Below are positions 12,259 through 23,609 of a DNA stretch of 64,000 nucleotides, one piece after another. The notes beneath the pieces were generated by a model that was not told where the DNA came from, did not search any database, and saw only the letters and a list, made by a program, of their open reading frames with translations. The stretch lies in the NCBI GenBank assembly GCA_903813345.2, contig CAIIXF020000001.1, positions 12,648,001 to 12,712,000 on the forward strand, read 5' to 3'. How positions within the stretch are numbered: position 1 is the first letter of the stretch; the number at the start of each line of letters is the position of its first letter. Source of the DNA: Owenia fusiformis (taxonomy: Eukaryota). The translations under genes and the position numbers were made by a program.

Positions 12259-14032
12259 TACCTCTGTAATGTGTGACAACCACATATTTTAGAACTTTGC
12301 ACCACATCCGATTTGAATTAGCCAATAAACATGATAGGGGTGTGAGAACTTGAAATTTTTTCTGACGATGTGAATGACGGAACAAAGGTGATATGGTTTC
12401 ATTAAGATTCGGGTTCTAACCTTTAGAAGGTAAGTCAGACTCCCAAACGTCAGCTAACTCTTATATTTAGCATGTTAGCGACGCAGTCAGGCCTTGAAAA
12501 AAGTAGTACCATTACCTATTTAAATCAGGCAGGATTGCATGATTTGAACTAATCTTTGACTGACCCATCTTATTGACCATGTACTTAGATCTAAATAAAC
12601 TTAGCCTAAATTACAACATTCGGGTACCATTACCCCAACATTCAAACATGGATTATGGCAAACTTATCTCAGTTTCTCACTGGGCTTTGAGATGCTGCAT
12701 ATCAATTATCATCTTCAAAAAACTAGTACAACTGTTCAAACATTATATTTTGGAACTAACTTTTAGCAATATAAATGTTTAGCTAGGTAAGAATCAAAAT
12801 ATCAAAGTAACAATGACTCACTTATCTTCCAAGGCTACACTTACATTACAAATTCGACCAAGGTGTGTGACGTGGACAAACTTTACGAAAATACTTCTAA
12901 AAATTATCCAATTATTTCGTATATAAGCATTCCAAACATCGATGAATTTTAAATTTAAAATGTATATTAATCTCCGAGTGGTTTCAGCCATAAATCTTTA
13001 TCTTGTGTATTGTTTCCACACGCAAAAAGATGAAAAGAAATTGATCTTCTTTTTGGCCCAGAAAGTTGCCAAAGTTTCAAGATGGACAATTTTAAAAGTT
13101 ACTCACAGTACTGTATCCGCAATAAATCCGTCCTAATGTCAGCTATCTTCTTTGATATGCTCCAATGTGGCTGTTAGTCAGTCTAAAAATAAAAACAAAT
13201 GTTTAGAAACAGGTAAATTGTGATAAAATCGACAAACCAATTTCGAACATCGGCCATTACGTACCACGGTCAAAGTAAAAGACCTCATTACCCGGTGACA
13301 CAAATATATCCTTCCGAAGAAAATAAGTATCGTTTTCAATTAGTGATTTGTAAACCTCTATATTTTAATATTGGTCATATAATATTTTAACATATTATGC
13401 ATAATAACTCAAGATATGAAACAAAATAAACGAAGCATTAGAAGTACAAATATGGAACTATATATTAGCGGAGTGATATAAATAAAGCAAGGGTCAAGGA
13501 CTACCTGCGTTCAATGATATTTAGGGATGACATCTTTTGAACTTTAATAAAGTTAAAATAATCAAAATTCTTGCAGAGAATTACCTTCTTCATCCAAAAA
13601 GGCATTATTTTCCATTTCTCTATTTGTAGTGGTAAAACATGGTGCAAATGTATAATTTCTGTGTAAATTCATCACTCTGGTAATATATTGATAATAACTT
13701 AAGTTCATTTACTTCAGAGTAAAATGTTTTATTTTGAACATTTTACTCTGAAGTAAATGAACTTAGTAGACTACTCTTAGTTATTATTTTCCTATTATTC
13801 TGATAGTTCAGCTAACAATATGCAGTAATCAAATAAAATCATGTGCTTTCAAGAGGATTGGGAACAGGCCCAGGAAGAATATTTAAATCCCCCCACTCAC
13901 TGCATAATAAATGTAATCTTTTTTCTACCTAATACGGCCCCATATGCCTACATGTAATACATGATGAGTGGGAGGGGCCCTAAAACCCCAAAGTGGGCCC
14001 TTTTGAAATTTGGAGGCCCATTTTCTTCAAAA

Positions 14033-14420
14033 GGACGATTCTCGGTTTGGAGAACGAAGTTCATCAATCTAAATGAGCATTATCCCTGCTTCGTACAAAT
14101 TTGATTTTTTTACATAATATAGATTTGAATGTCTTCTTTTAAATAGTCATAATTTAATTTGGGTAATATTTCTAGATTTTTCGCAAAAAAATATTCGCGC
14201 AGTACACTGATGAACTTCTTTCCCTAAATCGAGACTTGTAATTTATTGAATCGGTCAAATTGAGCGTTATCCCTGCTTCAGACCAATTTGTTATTTTTAC
14301 ATCTTGTAGATCTAAATGTCCTCTTTTGAATATTCATAGTTTAATTTGGGTAATATTTCTAGATTTTTCATGAAAACAATTATTAGCCCAGGAGACTGTT
14401 CTCCAAACCGAGAATCGTCC
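14033..14420. mobile_element. Spy-like (PHIS group) MITE inserted at AAA|TTT without TSD
   Basis: Perfect TIR GGACGATTCTCGGTTTGGAGAAC / GTTCTCCAAACCGAGAATCGTCC flanked by AAA and TTT. The empty paralogous host site is at ~2897-2935 (reverse strand). Confidence 0.75.
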
Positions 14421-15821
14421 TTTGGCCTGAAATTAAAAAATAAGGCCTTAAAAGGCCCAGTAATGATCAAAAAGGCCCACTTTTTGGAGCCTTAAAGGCC
14501 TTTTTTGGCCCAAAATCTTTTTTGGGCCCACCCAAGTGAGGGGGGCCCAGGCCCACAGATGTGCCAGTAGGGATGAACTCTTGTTCCCGTGGCTGTGCTC
14601 CAATACTTAGTCTAAATATATGAGATTCAAACATGACATTTGTCTAATTGAGTTTCTCAACCAATCAGAATACAGCATAGCCGTGCATAATTCCCCACAC
14701 CATGCATCTATTCATGCCCGTATATCATATATATGATAGGCAAAGGCCATTCAATATTCCTTAATATCAAATCACTCACAAGATAAGTAAATGATCATAT
14801 AATGAACCATCATATGAACTTATTAAAAATGTAACAATCTGGTAAAAATTTGTTACAGAAGTTGATGCTGACAGTGACAACACTGAAAACTGGTCACAGA
14901 AATACAGTGGTTGTAACAATACAAATGAGTCAATGTCAAATGAGTCTCATCTCCATCTACAGCCAAAATATGGTACCAAGTGTGGTATATCATTGGAATG
15001 TTCGTCCAAAGTTATGTTGATTGGTGTATCTGGTACCTGTCAACCAATGTCTCAAATTGTGACATTGTACTAATTGATGTAACAGACAATAGAACTAGAA
15101 ACAATTGGCAATTGGCGCATTTGGAAGGGTTTTAAGAGAGCCAAATAACTTCAAGATGACAACATATATAATATATATTACAGTGAATTTAACCAATTTG
15201 TAGATAGGGTTAGATGTGCAGAATAAACTTTTGCTGATGTCATATTTTCATTTTGATGCAATAAAAGCTGGAGGAGGGCACACTAACTACTACAGTCTAA
15301 GGTATATCACATTTCCACCGCATGTAGGTCACAAATTTAGGGATCAAATGTGCCCGACCTCAAGTGACCTACGTAAGATTTTTTGTGTTTTACTCTCATA
15401 TTCTGATGTATGAAATATTGTTGCCATCTTTATATTGAAGCAGCTATCATTCCAAACAATAAGAGGAGGGCATGTACTAAGGACATCATGAACATATAAG
15501 TAAATTTCATCCAAAATACAATGTATATACTTGAGAATTGGTGAGTTAATGCATTTGGTTTTCAAATTACTTTTGTGTAAAACTAAGCTTTAATTTTGGT
15601 AAAACACTACATTTTGAAATGCCTGTAACTTTTTCCCATTTGTGAGTTGAACCATGATACTTGGCAAATCAATGTAACTTTGGATAAGCTTTAAAGTAAT
15701 ATATGATACATACTATGGGGACATTGGTGTATGTCTGCCTAGGGGGGGGGGCCCATGCTTTCGGGACACCCTGTATATTGGACATTTTTGAAAGGGCTAA
15801 CAGAGGCTTGTAGCTAGACTA

Positions 15822-16041
15822 CTGCACTTCTACTTTATTTGGCAGATAATTTGGCAAATCCACCAAATTGTTTAAGTCCGCCAAATTAAGTTGCTGCCAA
15901 AATACCCAGTCATTTTACTACCATGTAAATTAGTACTATTAGTAATATTCCAAGTCTGCCAAATTAAGTAACCGCCAAATGTTCAAAACAGCGAATCCAC
16001 TAAAATAAGTACATGTAGTGCCAAATTAAGTAGAAGTACAG
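15822..16041. mobile_element. pogo/Tc1-type MITE
   Basis: TA|CTGCACTTCTACTTTATTTGGCA ... TGCCAAATTAAGTAGAAGTACAG|TA with internal GCCAAATT motifs. Confidence 0.65.
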
Positions 16042-16596
16042 TATGTTGCTTCAGTCGATACAAAAACAATATTTTCGATTAAATTGGAATTTTTTATTTG
16101 ATTATCAATATCTTAAAAAATAAATATTAACATCTAATCAAAAATGCAATCCAGTTGCATATCGTTATGATGTGTACTTACTACTACATGTATAATTAAA
16201 AATCATACATGTACATGTTTATATATAAAACAATAAAAATACATCAATAAAATACCATTTTATGTAATTATTGCCACTAAAAATGGTTGAAAAGAATTAG
16301 AAATGTCTTAATGCTGAATCTTCTACAGTAGGCCTATATACTCTATATAGGCCCATCCAAAGGGGGTTAGGGGCCATATTTTGTTAAAGAAAATTCTTTT
16401 TACAGAGATTTGTATTTGTATTTAATGATGCAAATAAGTCTCTCAGATATGCTTGCAACCCCTAGCTTGAGGCCCTCCACAACGTCCATGCTGGAGACAC
16501 AAGCCATCCAAACGATCTTAGGCTATCAGAATTTTCAAAATTGAGCCCTTTTATATCCTATATATATATATATATCAATGTAATGTATATATACCA

Positions 16597-16975
16597 TTAT
16601 CCTATGCCAAGTAGAGTTTTAGGGAGATAAGTTGGTAAGATATATCCCTTATCCTGATTTTGAGGTTTCCATATCCAGAACCTCCATATCTATCTCCCGC
16701 CATATCTCCTGCTTCGGTGCGTATCTTCCCACTTTGGTGCATATCTTCCCGCTTCCGGTAAGTAGTGGAAATGCAATAAAATGACTTTGCATATGAATGA
16801 ATTGTTTATTACACCTTGTACTACTGAAATGGCCATATGCCCCTGAAAACTCTACTTGGTATAGGATAAAGCAGTTATGTACTGTCAGTTTGGATATTGG
16901 GTTCATCCCTCGTGAGATATGCATATCTCCCTCTGGATAAACCCCATATCCAAAACCTCCAGTACATAACCCTTA
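16597..16975. mobile_element. Interspersed repeat family H4 (HINE/Helentron-like architecture)
   Basis: Inverted pair TATCCTATGCCAAGTAGAGTTTT / AAAACTCTACTTGGTATAGGATA plus a 3' GTTATGTAC..GTACATAAC pair. The family recurs as a tandem dimer at 49286-49875. Confidence 0.6.
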
Positions 16976-17837
16976 TATACATTATGTGGTGGGGACATAA
17001 TAAAATGGTTAAACATATAACTGATACACTACATAATGTATTACAGCAAAACATTGTTTATTATCATAAACATAAAAATAATGTTCATGATTTCATCATC
17101 ACTGAACAGAAAACTACTTGTTGAATACAATTAATGTTGTACAATTTCCATGATAAATAAAATTAATGCAAAAATACCATTAATGTCAGATTGTAAGCAG
17201 CTATAATAAGAAGCACCAACACTTATTTTTTAAAACAATTCAAGACAAGGCTTGACTAGAAGCCAAACAAATTAACATAATTTTTACAGTGTGATGTGAT
17301 TCCTGAATGGCTAGGTAAGGGGGAGGGTGTTAAACATTGTTTCTTAGTGTTTGATCATAGCATTGTGATATCAGGGGTTTGATTTCCTTATGACAGCTTG
17401 CTTCTTTTTGTATATATTGTAATACTCTTACGTCTTTCACATTTTGGCACTTGTGCTACATATTGTAAACATAACACATATTAATTTTTTTAATTATCGG
17501 ATGGTAGGTCATATAAAATACATTTCCATATTTGAGTATAGATGGTTGGAGGGGCAATTTTATGCTCCATTCTATAACTGATAACATTCAACACATCATT
17601 CTAACAAGGCATTAACATGCAAAATGTCACCACTTGCCATTTGTTACAGATTCAAATGCCAACCACCAAACACTGAACACTGTCCAAAAAAAAGTTGATG
17701 ACTTTAACAATATGCCATGACTTCTACTAGTGGTGACATAAAAATATGAATGAAAAAGACACACATCGTAAAAGCAAAGAAGCATAAATCCATAGATGGC
17801 AAAAAGCAATGGCATAACATAACATGCATTATATAAA

Positions 17838-20800
17838 TTACAATTCTGTTGTAGGGTAAGAATGGACGGAGGGGACATCAATATTTACACCACCTGGCAC
17901 AGCATCATAGGGCTCTATGGCCCTCTCTGTACAGTCCCTGAGAGTTTCACTATGTTCATATGCACTACTTGGACTGTCTAATATAGTCCGATGTAGAAAG
18001 TTCATCTTCTCTTGCTGTGAACTTAAAGTTTGCATTTTTGCTGCACGTTTCAGATATTTCTGTTTCAATTTTTGTTTCTCTGAGTGTGATATTTCCTCTT
18101 TGAGTTCAATTTCTTGGATCTGTTCACTGTTGTTATTTGTACTGCTTTTTGTATGATGGTCATCCCACAGTTTCTTAGGGTGGAATGTTTTTTCAATGGT
18201 TTCGTTAGATTGCATTGATGATATGGATGAGACATTTGTGGTAGCTGCTGTATCCCTGGGAGATGGAGTCTTAGCCCTCACTCTGTCCCCAGTCCTGGCT
18301 CTGTAGGGATTCGGTGAGTTAGGAGGGTGGGGCTGATTAGGGCTAGGTATGGGAGGAGGTGGTTCTGGGGTAGATTTAATAGCCTTCACAAAGTCTACCA
18401 CAGTGCTTTGAAGTTCTTCAAGTTTTCTTGGACTACTGTCTGGTGTTTCAGGCAAGTGACGTCTCCTAGAAGCTTTAACAGGGGTCTTATCAAGTTCATG
18501 GACAGTAGCATATGTGTGTACTTCTGCAAAGGAAGTGTTTGGTGAATTCTCCTTTGATCTCATTCTCCTGTGTCTACTTCTAGGGGATCTAATAGGAGAT
18601 CCTAGTTGTGTCTCTTCTTCAGTAGTGAACTTTAAGATATCATTTCCTGGCTCTTTCACATCCTTAAGTTCTATAACCTCCGTACTACCCACTGTCTTCG
18701 CTTTCATTTTCTTTCCTTTTTCAATCAATGAATACACATCTTTCTTTCCTTTTGCTATTGCTTTTGCAAAAGTACCATGTTGCTTACTGAGACTATTCTC
18801 TAATTCACTCATATCGGAATCTTCGGTGCTAGATAAGTCTGGTGTACTTTTTGATTTCTTTATTTTATTTGGCACTTTTTCTATACTTATATTCGGCAAG
18901 TCAATTAAATCTTCATCTGAAATCTCTCCTGGCATATGGACCAAGTTTGATGTACTTTTACTCAAATATTGTTTGGTTACAGGATCAAGTTCCTCTAGTA
19001 TTGTGATTTCCTCAAGAGGAGACTGACCACGGTCATCTTCATCTGGGGGTAATGAGAGAGTAATAGATGGTGCTTTTGACACTTTAACAACTTGGACCCG
19101 TTTCAGGTCTGAGTCACTGGAAGCACGTTCTGAGGATTGGGCAGTTAAATTCGCTAATGATGGATTACGTATGTCAGGGTTACTGCTAAAGTTTCTCGCA
19201 GAGCTAATAATGGACAATTCATGTGCGCTGTAGACTTTCATGTTTTCTGGTATGCCCGTTGATAAACATGGCCTAAGAGGTATTTTTTCACGTACAAGTT
19301 TTTTCACTGCAGATTTCAGTGGAAGGTTCATGTTTGCTATAACAAAACTTTTCCTAGTGTATTTCTGGGTTATACACACCTGTAGATCAACTGTCTTACT
19401 CGCTACAATCTCAGGAGTAATATCTTTATATTCTAATGGCTTTGAGAATTTAAACATGGATGGTTTAAAAATCGTCTGTATTGCAAATTCAGGCAGATTG
19501 TCTGTAGATTTTGGTGAATCCACCTTTACTTGAGGGGGTTCTGGCTTTTCAATTTTCACTTCATCAGTTTTGCGTTTTGTTACCCTTTTCTTGTCAGGAA
19601 GAAGATAGCCTTTCACATACACTGATTGTATCATTGATGTATCAGCTGGAAAACATAAATATACAGAACATGACAAGTCATAATAAAAAGTCATATGATA
19701 CAAGTCATAATAACTCTAGCATCAATGTTACAAATCTCTATTTTACATATTTTTTCCCAGTGTTTCTCTAAGGATTATACCCTATTGATATGAATGGAAT
19801 ACAACTTTGACAAAATGAATAAGTAGGGCTATATCCTTTCCAATCACTGATTAGCAAAAGAGAAATCACGCCCAGTGATCGGAAGAAATGAATGGAGGGG
19901 GAGTAGCTGATTTTCCATTCAACTTTCTCTTAAAAAAACAAATCTTCCAGATTTGTTGAATTTTCTAGCGAAAATCAGCTACTCCCCCCTCCGTTCATTT
20001 CTTCCGATAATGGAATAAACAGAACTGAGAATTAATTGATTTTTTACTCACCAGGAGGTAGAAGTATATCAGATAGCTGCCATACTCTTACTTTTAGACT
20101 AGATTTACGAGAATTGTACTCAAATGATAACTGCAAGAATCCCATGACTGAAAAATGCAATAAAATAACATAATAACACTACGTGTATTAGGGTTTATAA
20201 CATAAGAAACTGATCAAGTGTGGAAATTATGACAAACATTGTTTAACTTTTCAGAGAAGCAAAGTTCATTCACTTTTGTGATATTTGCATATACGTAAAT
20301 GGCACCCTTCTGCACAAGACAATGTTATTCAAAATTTCAATTAAACATTTGTAAGGCCAGATACAAGTATATTTGTTCAAATAAGTGGCTTACTTGTTTC
20401 TTTTTTCTCTTTTGGTTTCTGCCATGCTTTCTCTGGCATTTTTTCTGTTGCACATTTATCAGCCTCCTGCTTGCTTTCATCTTTGGGCTCATTTTCATTG
20501 TTATTACCAGGTGGTTTACTGTGCTCAGTAGCGTTGTCAACATGTTGTAGTTTGTTCCAGTTTTTCTCCTCCACCTCAAGACTGTCCTCTTTAGCTTGTT
20601 TAACAGTGGTCTTAATGAGATCCTTTACTCCTGAAAAACATGTACATGTAGTTTATCAAGACCTTTTTGAATTGACCTTTTTCCATATGGAAAATAGATG
20701 GCATCATGGGTATCGATGGGGCTATGGTAGCGCTAGAATACATGTAAATGTATTGCCAGAGTCACTTAATTTTTTGATTTAAGAAGTAATTCCATTTGGA

Positions 20801-22895
20801 TAAACTTAAAACACCATTGGAATGTAACTATATGATCTTAATGACATATGGATTGTGATTTCACATTAAAATTGTGATCCTTGTAAGAGTAAATGAAGTT
20901 TTAAAGGTTTTTCAGCATTGTGTCAATGGGGATTTAGCCCGACCTTCTAGACAACTAGAAAATCATTAGAATTTGAATAAAGGCAAATAACAGTGCAAAT
21001 CAAAGTTGTTTTGATAGAAAATTACACAGGGAATTCAAATATGCCATCAAATGGAAGAAAATTTTAGTCTTTAATGGTTAAAAATGCAGATCTCCTAAAA
21101 TCTCATTAAAAACCAGACTTTAACAAGATTTCAAAGCTATATGGAAAAAGGACCATTCCATATGAAACAAAATAAAAAATAAAAAAGGCACCAAAAAAAG
21201 TCTCACAAGTCGAGTTTGTATACTTTGAAAAATGTGATATTTTAATGATAAAATGGATATGAACATAAGTTCAGAATGTATGAGTGGGTTATTACTATTA
21301 GTATTACATAAACTCACTATGAAATCCAAAATGCAGTTCTAATTAGAAGTTTGAAGTGTGATTTGAAAAATATTAACTTTTATCAGTCTACTGCTGACTT
21401 TTCAAGTGTCTAATGAGCCTATTTATTAACAGTCAGATCATATATTCCTACAGCATTTATAACATGTTTCTACTTGATAATTTTTTGATATAATATTGTG
21501 TTCCTTTGATTTCATGATTATACAAACTGAGATACTAGATACCTATACACTTGAGCAATCATTTTACACTCCATATTTATCAATCTTTGTACAAAGTCTG
21601 CCACAAGATTAGAGCAGACATAAAGTAATATAATGCCACTTTCGTAACTTATGTAATATTTGAGAATGAGATACACTTGAAATGTAGTACCCTAGCAGCC
21701 AGATAAAGACCCACTCCATGAATTTATTAAGGAAATGAGAAACTCAAGTTCATGTAACACTACCAATTTCTTAAAGGCTGTATCAAATATCAATTTTGTT
21801 ATGGGGATAGAGGTAAAATGCCACATTTTGTTTTGAAACAAATCAGGGAAACAATCATAATGAAAGTAAATTCTAGATGGTCAAATCTTTGACCATGGGT
21901 ATTTTCTGACCATAAAACATTTTGTATCCTTTTCAATATGTTTTTCAACAATATGTCCTTCTCCAAAGCAAGTCCTTAGAATAACACAAATATCAATCAG
22001 ACCCTGACATCCTATGAATCAGGAGCCCACCTTGACATCTATTAAGAGTATTAAAATCATATATTTACTCTATACATATTGTGATGACCATAAAAACGAT
22101 GGAAGGGGTTACTGTCCTTCAGCGATTATGATCAAACACTTGAAGATTTAGATCAGACCTTTTAACATACAAACAATTGCAAATGTTGTATAAGTACAGC
22201 AAGCATTTACAGACAATCATACACTCTTCGAGCCAACCTCTTGTTCTAGATTTCACCAACCTGTGTTAAAGAAGGCGGATGGGGCTACAGAATGGCCTTG
22301 TGTGGTGAATTGGTGAATTGGTTTTAACACTTACTCTGTTTCTGAAGGAGCTCTTCACAGTTCTTCTGAGCAACATCCAATGGAGTTTTGCCATCATTAT
22401 TTTTAGTATTGTATCTTCCTCCATATTGTATAAGCATTTCAAGGCACTCTTTGTTATCCTCCTTGGCGGCATAGTGAACAGCTGTGTTTCCCTTTAGCTT
22501 GTCCTTTTTGTTAGGATTACCTGGAGAAATAAATAGTACATATTATATAATCAATTAGCAGGTATATAATACATATCATATACACGTACATGGTAGTGTA
22601 CAAATGATTTCAGAAGATTGTGTTTATTAAGTCTTGATGGTTAGTCGTTTTGTAAATAAGAACAACCAGTTATGTAATGATCATTATATTGACATATACC
22701 TTTATGCTTCAGCAACAATTTCAAAACGTCCATGTCACCATTACTTGCAGCTTCATGAACACAAGTCCAAGAGTACAATCCTACTTTATTTGGATCTAAA
22801 CCATCTTTAAGTGAAGCTTTAACGTCATCAATATCTCCATACCGCACTGCTTCATGAAGTTTTGTATCTGATAGTTCTCCATCTGACAATCCCAT
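17838..22895 (-). CDS. Ankyrin-repeat and C2-domain protein with long low-complexity C-terminus (~840 aa, 5 coding exons)
   Basis: Exons 22895-22700, 22520-22335, 20630-20394, 20147-20052, 19645-17838; all GT-AG, all phase 1, frame continuous. Ankyrin motifs TKLHEAVRYG, WTCVHEAASNG, GNTAVHYAAKED, GKTPLDVA. C2-like GFLQLSFEYNSRKSSLKVRVWQLSDILLPP/ADTSMIQSVYVKGYLLPDKKRVTKRKT. Confidence 0.85.
19878..20008. repeat. Short inverted-repeat element (MITE-like) in intron 4 of the ankyrin-C2 gene
   Basis: ATCGGAAGAAATGAATGGAGGGGGAGTAGCTGATTTTC vs GAAAATCAGCTACTCCCCCTCCGTTCATTTCTTCCGAT. Confidence 0.75.
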
Positions 22896-23269
22896 CCTTG
22901 TGTAACTTCACACAGTGATTACGTCCACTTAAAGTGGGACTACTTCCTATTACAGTGTCCACTAAGCCATGTTATCTATTGAAAATAAAAAAATACTTTA
23001 TCTGATTTATAGATCTACCAATAATGCAAATATCTGATGTGCTTGTTAATTTCAACTCATCTAATCGTAACTATTGTGCTATTATTTACTGGTAATGTTT
23101 GTTTTGATCATAAATTTTTGATGACCTGGTTTTGATTTGGCAACAGGACATGCCATTCCAATATATCTGATTAGAATATTCAATGTAGATTTTAAAACAC
23201 ATTAACCATATAGAAACACTGCAGCCAATATATTGAATAATGTATTACACAATGAGAGATTTGGAAAAT

Positions 23270-23490
23270 CCTACCTTATGAGCTATTATTGGTCGAAACG
23301 CTGTTATAATTTGTTTGATAACTTTTTATTAGAGTACGCCATCTTGTTTAAATTGACAACTGTCAGACATGATCTGTCGAGAACACCCATTTCAAATAAC
23401 GAATCAAACCTTGTATCTTGTAATAACTCCAAAAGATTAAAAAAAGAAAAAGAAAACAATTGTTCAATTTGTACATTCAAGGTGAGACCA
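23270..23490. promoter_or_regulatory. Probable bidirectional promoter between the two divergent ankyrin genes
   Basis: Start codons are only 715 bp apart. Candidate 5'UTR donors on both strands (minus AAG|GTAGG ~23275; plus AAG|GTGAG ~23482) with acceptors at ~22976 (-) and ~23578 (+). YY1-type CGCCATCTT at 23337-23345. Confidence 0.55.
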
Positions 23491-23609
23491 GTTTATTTTA
23501 TTCATTAATTCTATTTAACAAATTGTTATTGATCGAGTAGTTTAGTAGACTAATTACTTTTCCATCCCTTTCGTTCAGTGCAAAAATAGGCTCCAATGAA
23601 AATCAGAAG

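Noticed and set aside
17917-19771. Plus-strand ORFs opposite the large ankyrin-C2 exon
   Set aside because: Antisense shadows of a real coding exon with no recognisable motifs.
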